A stretch of 64,000 bases of DNA from a bacterium (GTDB lineage Bacteria > Omnitrophota > Gorgyraeia > Zapsychrales > Zapsychraceae). Both the position numbers and the translations under genes were made by a program. Shown here one piece after another: positions 57,057-64,000 of this stretch. The notes below the pieces were generated by a model that was given only the letters and a program-made list of their open reading frames with translations, was not told the DNA's origin and made no database searches. Every line of letters begins with the position of its first letter. The stretch's first letter is position 1. The DNA lies in NCBI GenBank assembly GCA_030429765.1, contig JAUIER010000002.1, positions 42,126-106,125 on the forward strand, given 5' to 3'.

Positions 57057-58298
57057 TTATCCAGCGGCCTGCTGATCTCCCGCCGACACTTCGATCAAAG
57101 AATTGATATCCCCGAAAGAATTCCGTTCTTTGCGGGCATTCTTTGGATCTTCCTTCCACACACCGTCAACAATGAACTGATATTTGTAGAGACCCGGCTT
57201 AAGTGGAATCTCCGCCTCCCAGGTGCCGTCCTTTTCATGCATGCGACAGGTGTCATCCAGCGACCAGTCATTAAAACTTCCGGTAACGTAGACTGATTTG
57301 GCTTCCGGAGCATTAATCGAAAATCGGATCTTGCTCAATCCAACCATTTCCTTACGTACAATATCCTGCATTTGCTCGGACATTGGCGCCAAGGCATCCT
57401 CAGAGATCAGCTCTTCCGATTTTGTAGTTTCCGTACGTTCAATGCGATTTTCCCGTCGAACCTCATCTCGAACCACTTCACGGGGCGCTTCGGCAATCTC
57501 TTCCCTAGCTTGATCCTTTTCTTCAGACTTTTCACGATCCAGCCGGTCAAGCAATATAAGCTCTTTGGCCAGACTGAAATAGTCTTTCGATCCGCGGCAG
57601 TATTTGTCATAAGCTGAAACCGTCTTGCCCATAACAGCCGATTCCTTCAATTTGACATTGATGTGGATAATTGTATCGAACATAATCTTTTCAAATCGCT
57701 CTTTAAACGTCGACAGCATCGCAAAAGAGTGGCGAAGGCGTGAATCAAACATCGTCACCAAAATACGGCACTTTACTTCATGATTCAGCCGATCCTTTAC
57801 AAGATTGACGATGTCCGTCAGGTGATCAACACCCTGCATGGAAAAACGGCTGGTTTCCACCGGAATGATCAGCTCATCGCTGACGCGGATGGCGTTGACT
57901 GTCAAAATCCCCAGACTCGGCGGGCAGTCAATAATCACGTAGTCATACCTGTCGTTGAGCGGTTCAATCGCCTCGCGAAGTTTGAGCTCACGGCCAATTT
58001 CATCCGACAACTCCTGCTCCAGGGTTCCAACCAGAACATTTGAGGGAACCAGATCAAAACTATTTTCGACACGTCGGATAATATTTTCGATTTTGAGTTT
58101 GCGAGGGGTCAGCTTAGAAATAACGTTATAGATACTGTCCTGGCTTTCAATATCAAGACCAAGCGACGCGTGAGCTTGTGGGTCCAGATCGAACAATAAA
58201 ACCTTTTGCCCGTTCTGGCTCAGAGCCGACGCCAAATTAATTGCTGTAGTGGTCTTCCCGCATCCACCTTTTTGGTTAGCGACTGAAATTATTTTCAT
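57057..58298 (-). CDS. ParA/MinD-family ATPase fused to a C-terminal CBM48 / AMPK-beta glycogen-binding domain
   Basis: Deviant Walker A KGGCGKTT at residues 10-17. A charged coiled linker follows. The C-terminus VYVTGSFNDWS...PGLYKYQFIVDGVWKEDP aligns to the AMPK beta GBD/CBM48 consensus (VYLSGSFNNW...YKFFVDGQW.HDP). RBS AGGGGG. Confidence 0.85.
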   Translation of the reverse strand: MKIISVANQKGGCGKTTTAINLASALSQNGQKVLLFDLDPQAHASLGLDIESQDSIYNVISKLTPRKLKIENIIRRVENSFDLVPSNVLVGTLEQELSDEIGRELKLREAIEPLNDRYDYVIIDCPPSLGILTVNAIRVSDELIIPVETSRFSMQGVDHLTDIVNLVKDRLNHEVKCRILVTMFDSRLRHSFAMLSTFKERFEKIMFDTIIHINVKLKESAVMGKTVSAYDKYCRGSKDYFSLAKELILLDRLDREKSEEKDQAREEIAEAPREVVRDEVRRENRIERTETTKSEELISEDALAPMSEQMQDIVRKEMVGLSKIRFSINAPEAKSVYVTGSFNDWSLDDTCRMHEKDGTWEAEIPLKPGLYKYQFIVDGVWKEDPKNARKERNSFGDINSLIEVSAGDQQAAG

Positions 58299-58328
58299 AT
58301 TGAAATGCCCCCTAATATTCGTAATGGA

Positions 58329-58910
58329 TTAGTTGGTTGTTGCAAAATTTATATTGTCGATCAAGACAATCCCGCGCTTGTCTTCAACGTTCCAGGACTC
58401 TAAGACAAATGCGACATCTTGAACGCTGGACCAATCAGATATTTCCTTGAATTCCGAAAGCGGAATATGATAGTCCTGCCAGGCCAGATTGACCCCTTCG
58501 ATATAGTGGTAAGCCTCTTCATTGTAACGACTTGTGACAACGACCTTGACTATACCCGGCACGCCTTCCTCCTTGCCCCGCATGGAAAATTCCAGACTTC
58601 CATACTTGCCGACGTCCATATCCGGTATCGACAAGGCAAATCGTTCAACAGGATTGCTCGATCCCTTAAAATCATAGTCAAACCGAACAGCTCCCTGATG
58701 AAGCGAGTAGATGACGTTCTGCTTGAGTTCATCCTTGTTGTGTGTAAGAAAAGCTGTCAGACCATAAAAAGCGCTGGCAAAAATGATCGCCGTGATCAAC
58801 CCGTTGATCAGCAGCCAAGCATTGAATTGCTTTTTGGTTTTGGCATCATCTTTTTTACGCTTGCCCAAGTAAACTTGCGCAAGATGGTCGTAGATATCGT
58901 CTTTGGTCAT
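58329..58910 (-). CDS. Membrane-anchored protein with extracytoplasmic beta-sandwich (CBM-like?) domain, hypothetical
   Basis: Lys-rich N-terminus, one TM (WLLINGLITAIIFASAFYGLTAF), then a 130-aa domain rich in beta-strand patterning. First gene of the cluster, preceded by an about 200-bp AT-rich region. Confidence 0.45.
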   Translation of the reverse strand: MTKDDIYDHLAQVYLGKRKKDDAKTKKQFNAWLLINGLITAIIFASAFYGLTAFLTHNKDELKQNVIYSLHQGAVRFDYDFKGSSNPVERFALSIPDMDVGKYGSLEFSMRGKEEGVPGIVKVVVTSRYNEEAYHYIEGVNLAWQDYHIPLSEFKEISDWSSVQDVAFVLESWNVEDKRGIVLIDNINFATTN

Positions 58911-59145
58911 TGGTCCGTCTTAAAGATTTATTAGATAATCGGAATGGAAGAACTGCTTTTTTTATCTAATTATTTTTATCATAACAAATTAAAAACAAAT
59001 TAAAACTATAATTTCACTTTTTTTTACAATAAAAAATATTTTTTCTCGTCGAGAAAATGGAATACTTAAAAATCATTTGGAAAATATTTTACAATTAGCT
59101 CGTCGGAACGCTACGAGCGTGAACTCAAGTGCACAATCAAACCAT

Positions 59146-59178
59146 AAAAAAAGCCCCTGCCGATTTCTCGACAGGGGC
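59146..59178 (-). terminator. Rho-independent terminator after the OMP gene
   Basis: On the minus strand: GCCCCTG-tcgagaaatcgg-CAGGGGC followed by TTTTTTT, 27 nt after the stop codon. Confidence 0.8.
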
Positions 59179-59204
59179 TTGATCTATAATCGATCAACTA
59201 ACGA

Positions 59205-60575
59205 TTAGAATGCAACGTTCATGTTAACCAATACTTGTTTGGCTGATGAATCGTTTTCGCTTTCCCAGATACTTCCTGGTAAAAACCATCCAACGCTAGC
59301 ACCGATTTGTACATCTTCAGTGTAGTCATAAGACAGGTCAAAGTTAAACTCTTTCCCGATGTGTCCACTGTTGTTGTTTGTTGCCAATGACAGTGTTGTT
59401 CCATCTGGCTGTCGGATTGACTTTGATCCGAATTTTGTGTTTCTTTCATTCCACAGGCTAGTGATTCCAAGACGTGCAGTTACGTCTTCCATCGGCTCAG
59501 CCATTAGGTAAAGCGAGTGGATTTCCATGTTTGTTAGATCAAACAATGAATTGTAGATATGTCCACCACCTTGTGCTTCGAAGAATGGATCCCATCCAGT
59601 CCAGTCAGTTTGAGATGTAGAGTTATCCTCTTCACCTGTAACCTTGGTGAAGATGTACTGAGCCACTGGCTTGTACTCTTCTAGAGCTGGGATTTGGTAG
59701 TTTACGATACCCTGGAAGGCCCAAGCGCTTCTTTTTCGATTGGCGTTCGTTGTAGACGAAAGTCTCTTACGTCCACCTTGGTGAGCCATTTCGAACTGAA
59801 TGTTCAGGTTTTCCAATGGGTTAGTGCTGGCGCGAACCCCTGTTACCTTGATGTAGTCAGTTTGCGCTCCAGTTACGTTATCGTTGTCTTCTTTGTTGCG
59901 TGATTTATAGAAGTACGCTTCCACAACTGAGTCCATATCGTCACCCAATTGGTAGTTGGCGTTAACCCCCCATAGATCGATGTCATCATCTAGGTCAGAC
60001 AATGAAACCGTGTTTTGGTCGATCTTTGAGTAGAATACTTCTACAGTTAGCGGATTGTAATCGAAGATCGCTCGGATCGCATCAATTGCAGTCTGCTTCG
60101 TTAGATCTTGAGCGATTCCATTGATACCTGAGTCACCCGGTGCCAAGTTGTTGGCTCCAGTTGCGTCAAATACCAATCCGTTTCCGTATGAAAACGTCTG
60201 GCGCCCCACAACTAGTGTAAGTGGAGAGTACAGCATTTCCTTTAGTGTTACATAGGCCAAGTGAAGATCAACGTCAGACGATGATGTCGTGTTGTCGGCA
60301 TTCCATCCTCTTTCAGTGATCAGCGCGATCGTTACGAATACTTGGTCTGTAAGGTCAGCATCAACTTGAAGACCTGTCTGGTTGATGAACAGGCTTTGCT
60401 CATCTTGAACGCGGTTAGGCGCGATACCAGCTTTTGAACCCAAGTTGAAATTGTTGCGGTAAATATAAGTGTTGTCAGTCCATCCACTTATCTTTACGTT
60501 TTGAACGCTAGCAAATGCCGGTACCGCTGATAGAGCGACAGCCGCAGCAGCTGCTAATACGAATAATTTTCTCAT
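59205..60575 (-). CDS. Outer-membrane beta-barrel porin (signal peptide, C-terminal aromatic Phe)
   Basis: ATG at 60575 with a GGAGGAG RBS. Signal peptide MRKLFVLAAAAAVALSAVPAFA. Alternating amphipathic beta-strands ending ...VLVNMNVAF. Confidence 0.7.
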   Translation of the reverse strand: MRKLFVLAAAAAVALSAVPAFASVQNVKISGWTDNTYIYRNNFNLGSKAGIAPNRVQDEQSLFINQTGLQVDADLTDQVFVTIALITERGWNADNTTSSSDVDLHLAYVTLKEMLYSPLTLVVGRQTFSYGNGLVFDATGANNLAPGDSGINGIAQDLTKQTAIDAIRAIFDYNPLTVEVFYSKIDQNTVSLSDLDDDIDLWGVNANYQLGDDMDSVVEAYFYKSRNKEDNDNVTGAQTDYIKVTGVRASTNPLENLNIQFEMAHQGGRKRLSSTTNANRKRSAWAFQGIVNYQIPALEEYKPVAQYIFTKVTGEEDNSTSQTDWTGWDPFFEAQGGGHIYNSLFDLTNMEIHSLYLMAEPMEDVTARLGITSLWNERNTKFGSKSIRQPDGTTLSLATNNNSGHIGKEFNFDLSYDYTEDVQIGASVGWFLPGSIWESENDSSAKQVLVNMNVAF

Positions 60576-60927
60576 TATTTCTCCTCCAAAAAGGTAAATA
60601 ACTACTTCAGATTTTGATATATTCAACTAGACGATCTAAGGTTATGTCTAGAGATTTACATATTAGGTTGACCAGTTTACTCGACGATTCGACAATAATG
60701 TTTTTTACCATCCCCCCTTTCTTATTCGTATATTTGAATCATCACTGGTATTGCTCTCACGGGCATATACTCGCCGTAAATACAAATAATTGCAATTCTT
60801 AACGTATAGCGATACGCATAGCTCCGCTGAAAACAAATGGTTATTCGTTGTTTTTATCACACGCTAACGGCAGTGTCAACAAAATTTGATTTTATTTTAA
60901 CTTGCAATTTTTTGCGCTACTCTCCCG

Positions 60928-60950
60928 AAAAACATGTACGTTTGTACATG
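60928..60950 (-). terminator. Possible intrinsic terminator / palindromic element downstream of tRNA-Arg
   Basis: CATGTAC-AAAC-GTACATG followed by TTTTT on the minus strand. Short AT-rich stem, so it could alternatively be an operator for the OMP gene. Confidence 0.35.
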
Positions 60951-61034
60951 CTAAAATTTTAGTCATATGAACCGAAACTTGGCTTGCATAACTCAATTAG
61001 TTGCACAGTTTTTAAGCTGTACTAAAAATCAAAA

Positions 61035-61107
61035 TGCGCCTAGGTGGACTCGAACCACCCCACCAGCCTTAGGAGGGCCGAGCTCTATCCATCTGAGCTA
61101 TAGGCGC
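61035..61107 (-). tRNA. tRNA-Arg (anticodon CCT)
   Basis: Manually folded: acceptor GCGCCTA/TAGGCGC, D-arm GCTC..GAGC, anticodon stem CGGCC/GGCTG with loop CTCCTAA, T-arm GGTGG-TTCGAGT-CCACC, discriminator A. No encoded CCA. Confidence 0.85.
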
Positions 61108-61198
61108 AAAATTTTTTCGCAATCTAAACCGCCAGCCTATCATACTCAGCCTTGGGATGTGGTCCGTTTAGGTCAACTTCACCACACCAAATATCACC

Positions 61199-61717
61199 TT
61201 AGTACTCCAGTACAGAATAGACTTCAAAATCCTTGAGACGATCTTTACCTTTAAGAAATTTCAACTCGATTAAAAACGCAATTCCGGCCACCTCTGCATT
61301 TAAATCCTTGATTAACCTCGACGTGGCCTCGATGGTTCCGCCGGTCGCCAATAGATCGTCGACAATGAGCACACGTGTCTTGGGAGCAATTGCGTCCTCA
61401 TGAATCTCAAGGCTGTCCGATCCGTATTCCAGTTCGTACGTTACACTTTTCGTCTTGCCCGGCAATTTACCTTTTTTCCGGACCGGCACAAACCCGACAC
61501 CCATTTTGTACGCCAAGGCCGCTCCAAAAATAAATCCTCGCGCCTCGACGCCCACAATCTGATCAATCTTCTCACCCTTAAACTTGTCGGCAAGAATATC
61601 CACTGACCGACGAAACGCATCCTTGTCTTTGAGCAGCGTTGTAATGTCTTTGAATATAATACCTTCCTTGGGAAAGTCCGGAATATCTCGAATGTGATTT
61701 TTGAGATCGCTTGACAT
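61199..61717 (-). CDS. apt: Adenine phosphoribosyltransferase
   Basis: 172 aa. The PRPP-binding motif [13 protein letters not shown] is present. Confidence 0.92.
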   Translation of the reverse strand: MSSDLKNHIRDIPDFPKEGIIFKDITTLLKDKDAFRRSVDILADKFKGEKIDQIVGVEARGFIFGAALAYKMGVGFVPVRKKGKLPGKTKSVTYELEYGSDSLEIHEDAIAPKTRVLIVDDLLATGGTIEATSRLIKDLNAEVAGIAFLIELKFLKGKDRLKDFEVYSVLEY

Positions 61718-61720
61718 AAT

Positions 61721-62572
61721 CTATACCTTTGCTGTTGAATCCCGTTTCATCAGTTTGGTGGCCAATACTTCCTTGTATGGAAGCTGAAGCTGCCCGCGGG
61801 CAATCTGAAATAATTTTTCAGATCCCAACCGCCCCATCTCCACCAGCGGCTGCGACACCGTCGTGAGCTTGATGGAACCGCTGCTGGCCATCGGATTGTC
61901 ATCGAACCCCACGATCGAAAGCTCCTGCGGGACCTTGATTTTGAGAGATTGCGCGACATCATAAACCTCCAAGGCCATGACATCTGACCCGGCAAAGATG
62001 GCCGTGGGACGATCTTTGAGCTTTAACAATTTTTTGGCCGCGGCCCGGGCGGGCGTCCTTAAAAAATCACCGAAGGTGATATATTTGCGAGAAGTCTTGA
62101 TATCCTTGTCTTCCAGCGCCTCACGAAAACCCTCAAGCCTTTTAAGACCGGCCTGCGTTGAAATATCTCCCGCGACCGTGGCAATCTTTCGATGACCTAA
62201 TCGATAAAGGTGCTCAACAATCGTTTTCGCCGCCTTTTTGTTATCCACCGCCACATAGTTGATCGGCTCTTCCAGCATATTGTTCAGGACCAGACACGGC
62301 ACACCGCGGCGAATGGCCTTTTTCACATTACTGAGATCATTATCAATATCGGCAAACAGGATGCCATCAATGAAGTTTGGATCCATTAAAGACGAATCTA
62401 ACCATCCCTGATGATTATTCCGATCGACGATATGAATCAAATAATCCGCGTTTAATCGGCTAGCGGTCAGGCTGACGCCCCGAATGATTTCGCCGGAGTA
62501 GTAGGAATGAAAGATATCTTCAAAGCGAGGAATAACAAGGACAAATGTTAGTTTGCGTTTTTTACTAGTCAA
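61721..62572 (-). CDS. LacI/PurR-type periplasmic-binding-fold ligand-binding domain protein lacking the N-terminal HTH
   Basis: Peripla_BP-like domain (IATVAGDISTQAGLKRLEGF..., IFAGSDVMAL, SIVGFDD). The track ORF start (62749) overlaps the sigma-factor gene by 185 nt and encodes no HTH. The proposed start is a TTG at 62572, an 8-nt overlap with the sigma gene stop. The start is uncertain. Confidence 0.55.
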   Translation of the reverse strand: MTSKKRKLTFVLVIPRFEDIFHSYYSGEIIRGVSLTASRLNADYLIHIVDRNNHQGWLDSSLMDPNFIDGILFADIDNDLSNVKKAIRRGVPCLVLNNMLEEPINYVAVDNKKAAKTIVEHLYRLGHRKIATVAGDISTQAGLKRLEGFREALEDKDIKTSRKYITFGDFLRTPARAAAKKLLKLKDRPTAIFAGSDVMALEVYDVAQSLKIKVPQELSIVGFDDNPMASSGSIKLTTVSQPLVEMGRLGSEKLFQIARGQLQLPYKEVLATKLMKRDSTAKV

Positions 62573-63389
62573 CGTCTGGGTTATTCTCTTTTTGTTCGAT
62601 GATTTGACGAATTTTCTTGATGGTCCCGGCCTCAATCTGCCGGACACGTTCGCGTGAAATACCGAGGACCTTGGCAATCTCAGCCAGCGTGCAGGCATCC
62701 CCGCCGCCAAGACCGTAACGCATCTCGAGTATCTTGCGTTCACGCTCATTGAGCAGTTTTAAAAAACCGATGGCGCGCTCTTTGTTGAAAAACTTTTCGA
62801 GTTCCTCGTCCGGACTCACGATGTTCTTATCTTCGATGATATCCTTGACTTGACCGTCACCATCATCACCAATCGGAGCATCCAGACTCGACATCTTGGC
62901 GATGGAATTTTCCAATTCACGGACTTTGTCGACGGAAACTTTGAGCTTTTTGGCGATTTCGCCGATGCGCGGCTTACGCTTATATTGATGCGTCAGCTTT
63001 TCGATGACCTTCTTATACTTGAGGATATCCTCGTTCATGTAGACCGGAACACGGATCATCTTGCCCTGATCGATAATCGCGCGGGAGATCCCCTGCTTGA
63101 TCCACCAGGCCGCGTATGTAGAAAATCGAAATCCACGTTCGGGATCGAATTTCTCCACACTTTTCATCAACCCGATATTCCCCTCTTCTATTAAATCGCT
63201 GAGGGGAACACCGAGATTGATATAGCGCTTGGCAATACTGATCACCAACCTTAAATTGGACCGAATCATCTTGTTACGTGCATCCTGATCGCCCTTCTGA
63301 ACCTTCCGGGCCAGATCAACTTCTTCCTCGGCTGTCAGCAGAGGAATCGGACGAACATCACGCAAATAAGCCTTTATCGGATCTGTCAT
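62565..63389 (-). CDS. RNA polymerase sigma factor, sigma-70 family (regions 1.2-4, no region 1.1)
   Basis: Region 2 (DLIEEGNIGLMKSVEKFDPERGFRFSTYAAWWIKQ), region 3, and region 4 HTH (TLAEIAKVLGISRERVRQIEAGTIKKIRQ). Confidence 0.9.
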   Translation of the reverse strand: MTDPIKAYLRDVRPIPLLTAEEEVDLARKVQKGDQDARNKMIRSNLRLVISIAKRYINLGVPLSDLIEEGNIGLMKSVEKFDPERGFRFSTYAAWWIKQGISRAIIDQGKMIRVPVYMNEDILKYKKVIEKLTHQYKRKPRIGEIAKKLKVSVDKVRELENSIAKMSSLDAPIGDDGDGQVKDIIEDKNIVSPDEELEKFFNKERAIGFLKLLNERERKILEMRYGLGGGDACTLAEIAKVLGISRERVRQIEAGTIKKIRQIIEQKENNPDVD

Positions 63390-63401
63390 AAAACCGTACC
63401 T

Positions 63402-64000
63402 TTATTTTTTCTTCTTGCCTTTTTTGCTGGCTCCGGCCTCGATGGCATGCTGCGCGGCGGCGAGTCGGGCAATCGGCACCCGATATGGAGAACAGCTCAC
63501 GTAGTTTAGTCCAACTTCAGCAAAGAATTTCACGGATTCCTGATCTCCCCCGTGCTCCCCGCAAACACCGCATTTCAGATTCTTGCGGCCTTCACGTCCG
63601 AGCTTGACACCGGTTCGAACCAATTGACCGACACCTTCCTGATCAATCGACGCAAACGGATCTTCCAGGAGAACCTTCTTTTCAAGGTACTCAGGCAAGA
63701 AACTTCCGATGTCATCGCGGCTATAGCCAAATGTCATCTGTGTCAGGTCATTCGTCCCGAACGAGAAAAACTCGGCCTCTTGAGCCACCTTATCGGCAAT
63801 CAATGTCGCCCGAGGAATTTCCATCATGGTTCCAACAAGATATTTAACCTTCGATTTCTTCTTCGCGATAATCGCATCAGCGGTTTCACGCGTCAATTGA
63901 GCCAGAATGTTAAACTCGACATCCGTCCCGATCAACGGAATCATGATCTCAGGCAGTACCTTAACACCTTTTTTAGTGACATTACACGCGGCTTCAACGA
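63402..64000 (-). CDS. ppdK: Pyruvate, phosphate dikinase, C-terminal PEP-utilising TIM-barrel domain (partial; the 5' portion is beyond the window)
   Basis: ...FGTNDLTQMTFGYSRDD...CGVCGEHGGDQESVKF... are the PPDK C-terminal motifs. The reading frame stays open to position 64000. Confidence 0.85.
   Translation of the reverse strand, partial: VEAACNVTKKGVKVLPEIMIPLIGTDVEFNILAQLTRETADAIIAKKKSKVKYLVGTMMEIPRATLIADKVAQEAEFFSFGTNDLTQMTFGYSRDDIGSFLPEYLEKKVLLEDPFASIDQEGVGQLVRTGVKLGREGRKNLKCGVCGEHGGDQESVKFFAEVGLNYVSCSPYRVPIARLAAAQHAIEAGASKKGKKKK

Overview
Bacterial chromosomal segment, roughly 50% GC, densely packed and almost entirely transcribed on the minus strand. No rRNA, CRISPR, IS or prophage signatures were seen. 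In window order it contains:

- **1–5.7 kb:** a partial coiled-coil membrane protein, a DUF924 protein, a NupC-type nucleoside transporter, a class-V aminotransferase translationally coupled to a zinc-ribbon membrane protein, and an orphan CheY-like response regulator.
- **6.1–22.5 kb:** a near-complete dcw cell-wall/division cluster, mraZ–[small Cys ORF]–rsmH–ftsL–ftsI–murE–murF–mraY–murD–ftsW–murG–[secreted HExxH peptidase]–murC–ddl–ftsQ–ftsA. There is no murB and no ftsZ after ftsA. A recognisable sigma-70 promoter and three 10-bp-phased MraZ-box-like repeats precede mraZ.
- **22.7–31 kb:** ribF–truB–nrnA–rbfA–cca–xerD, a lipoprotein, ligA, acyP and fabZ.
- **31.1–35.3 kb:** a riboflavin operon ribBA–ribH–nusB–PHP–ribD–ribE. 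Its RibA half has lost all zinc-ligand cysteines, ribD is reductase-only, and an embedded PHP phosphoesterase is translationally coupled inside it.
- **35.4–40.2 kb (plus strand):** a tandemly duplicated two-gene membrane module (small 3-TM partner plus ~460-aa polytopic GT-C-like protein) flanking a cinA-C/pncC gene.
- **40.2–46.5 kb:** a convergent operon rimO–pgsA–pgpA–7TM protein–(SAM-MTase::Dpm1-like GT2 fusion)–MTase–FkbM MTase.
- **46.4–52.5 kb:** rodZ–ftsK (Asp/Glu/Tyr-rich linker), pnp–rpsO, then a Lys-rich H1-like protein.
- **53.5–58.9 kb, the most unusual cluster:** a 733-aa TadE/Flp-pseudopilin-like protein carrying about 19 cysteine-rich tandem repeats, a basic disordered protein with a C-terminal beta-barrel, a ParA/MinD ATPase fused to an AMPK-beta-type CBM48 glycogen-binding domain, and a membrane-anchored beta-sandwich protein.
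- **59.2–64 kb:** an OMP porin with an intrinsic terminator, tRNA-Arg(CCT), apt, an HTH-less LacI-type ligand-binding protein overlapping a sigma-70 family factor, and the 3' end of ppdK.

Several ORF-track starts were refined by reading start codons, RBSs and stop/start overlaps. The track reports GTG/TTG starts as M.
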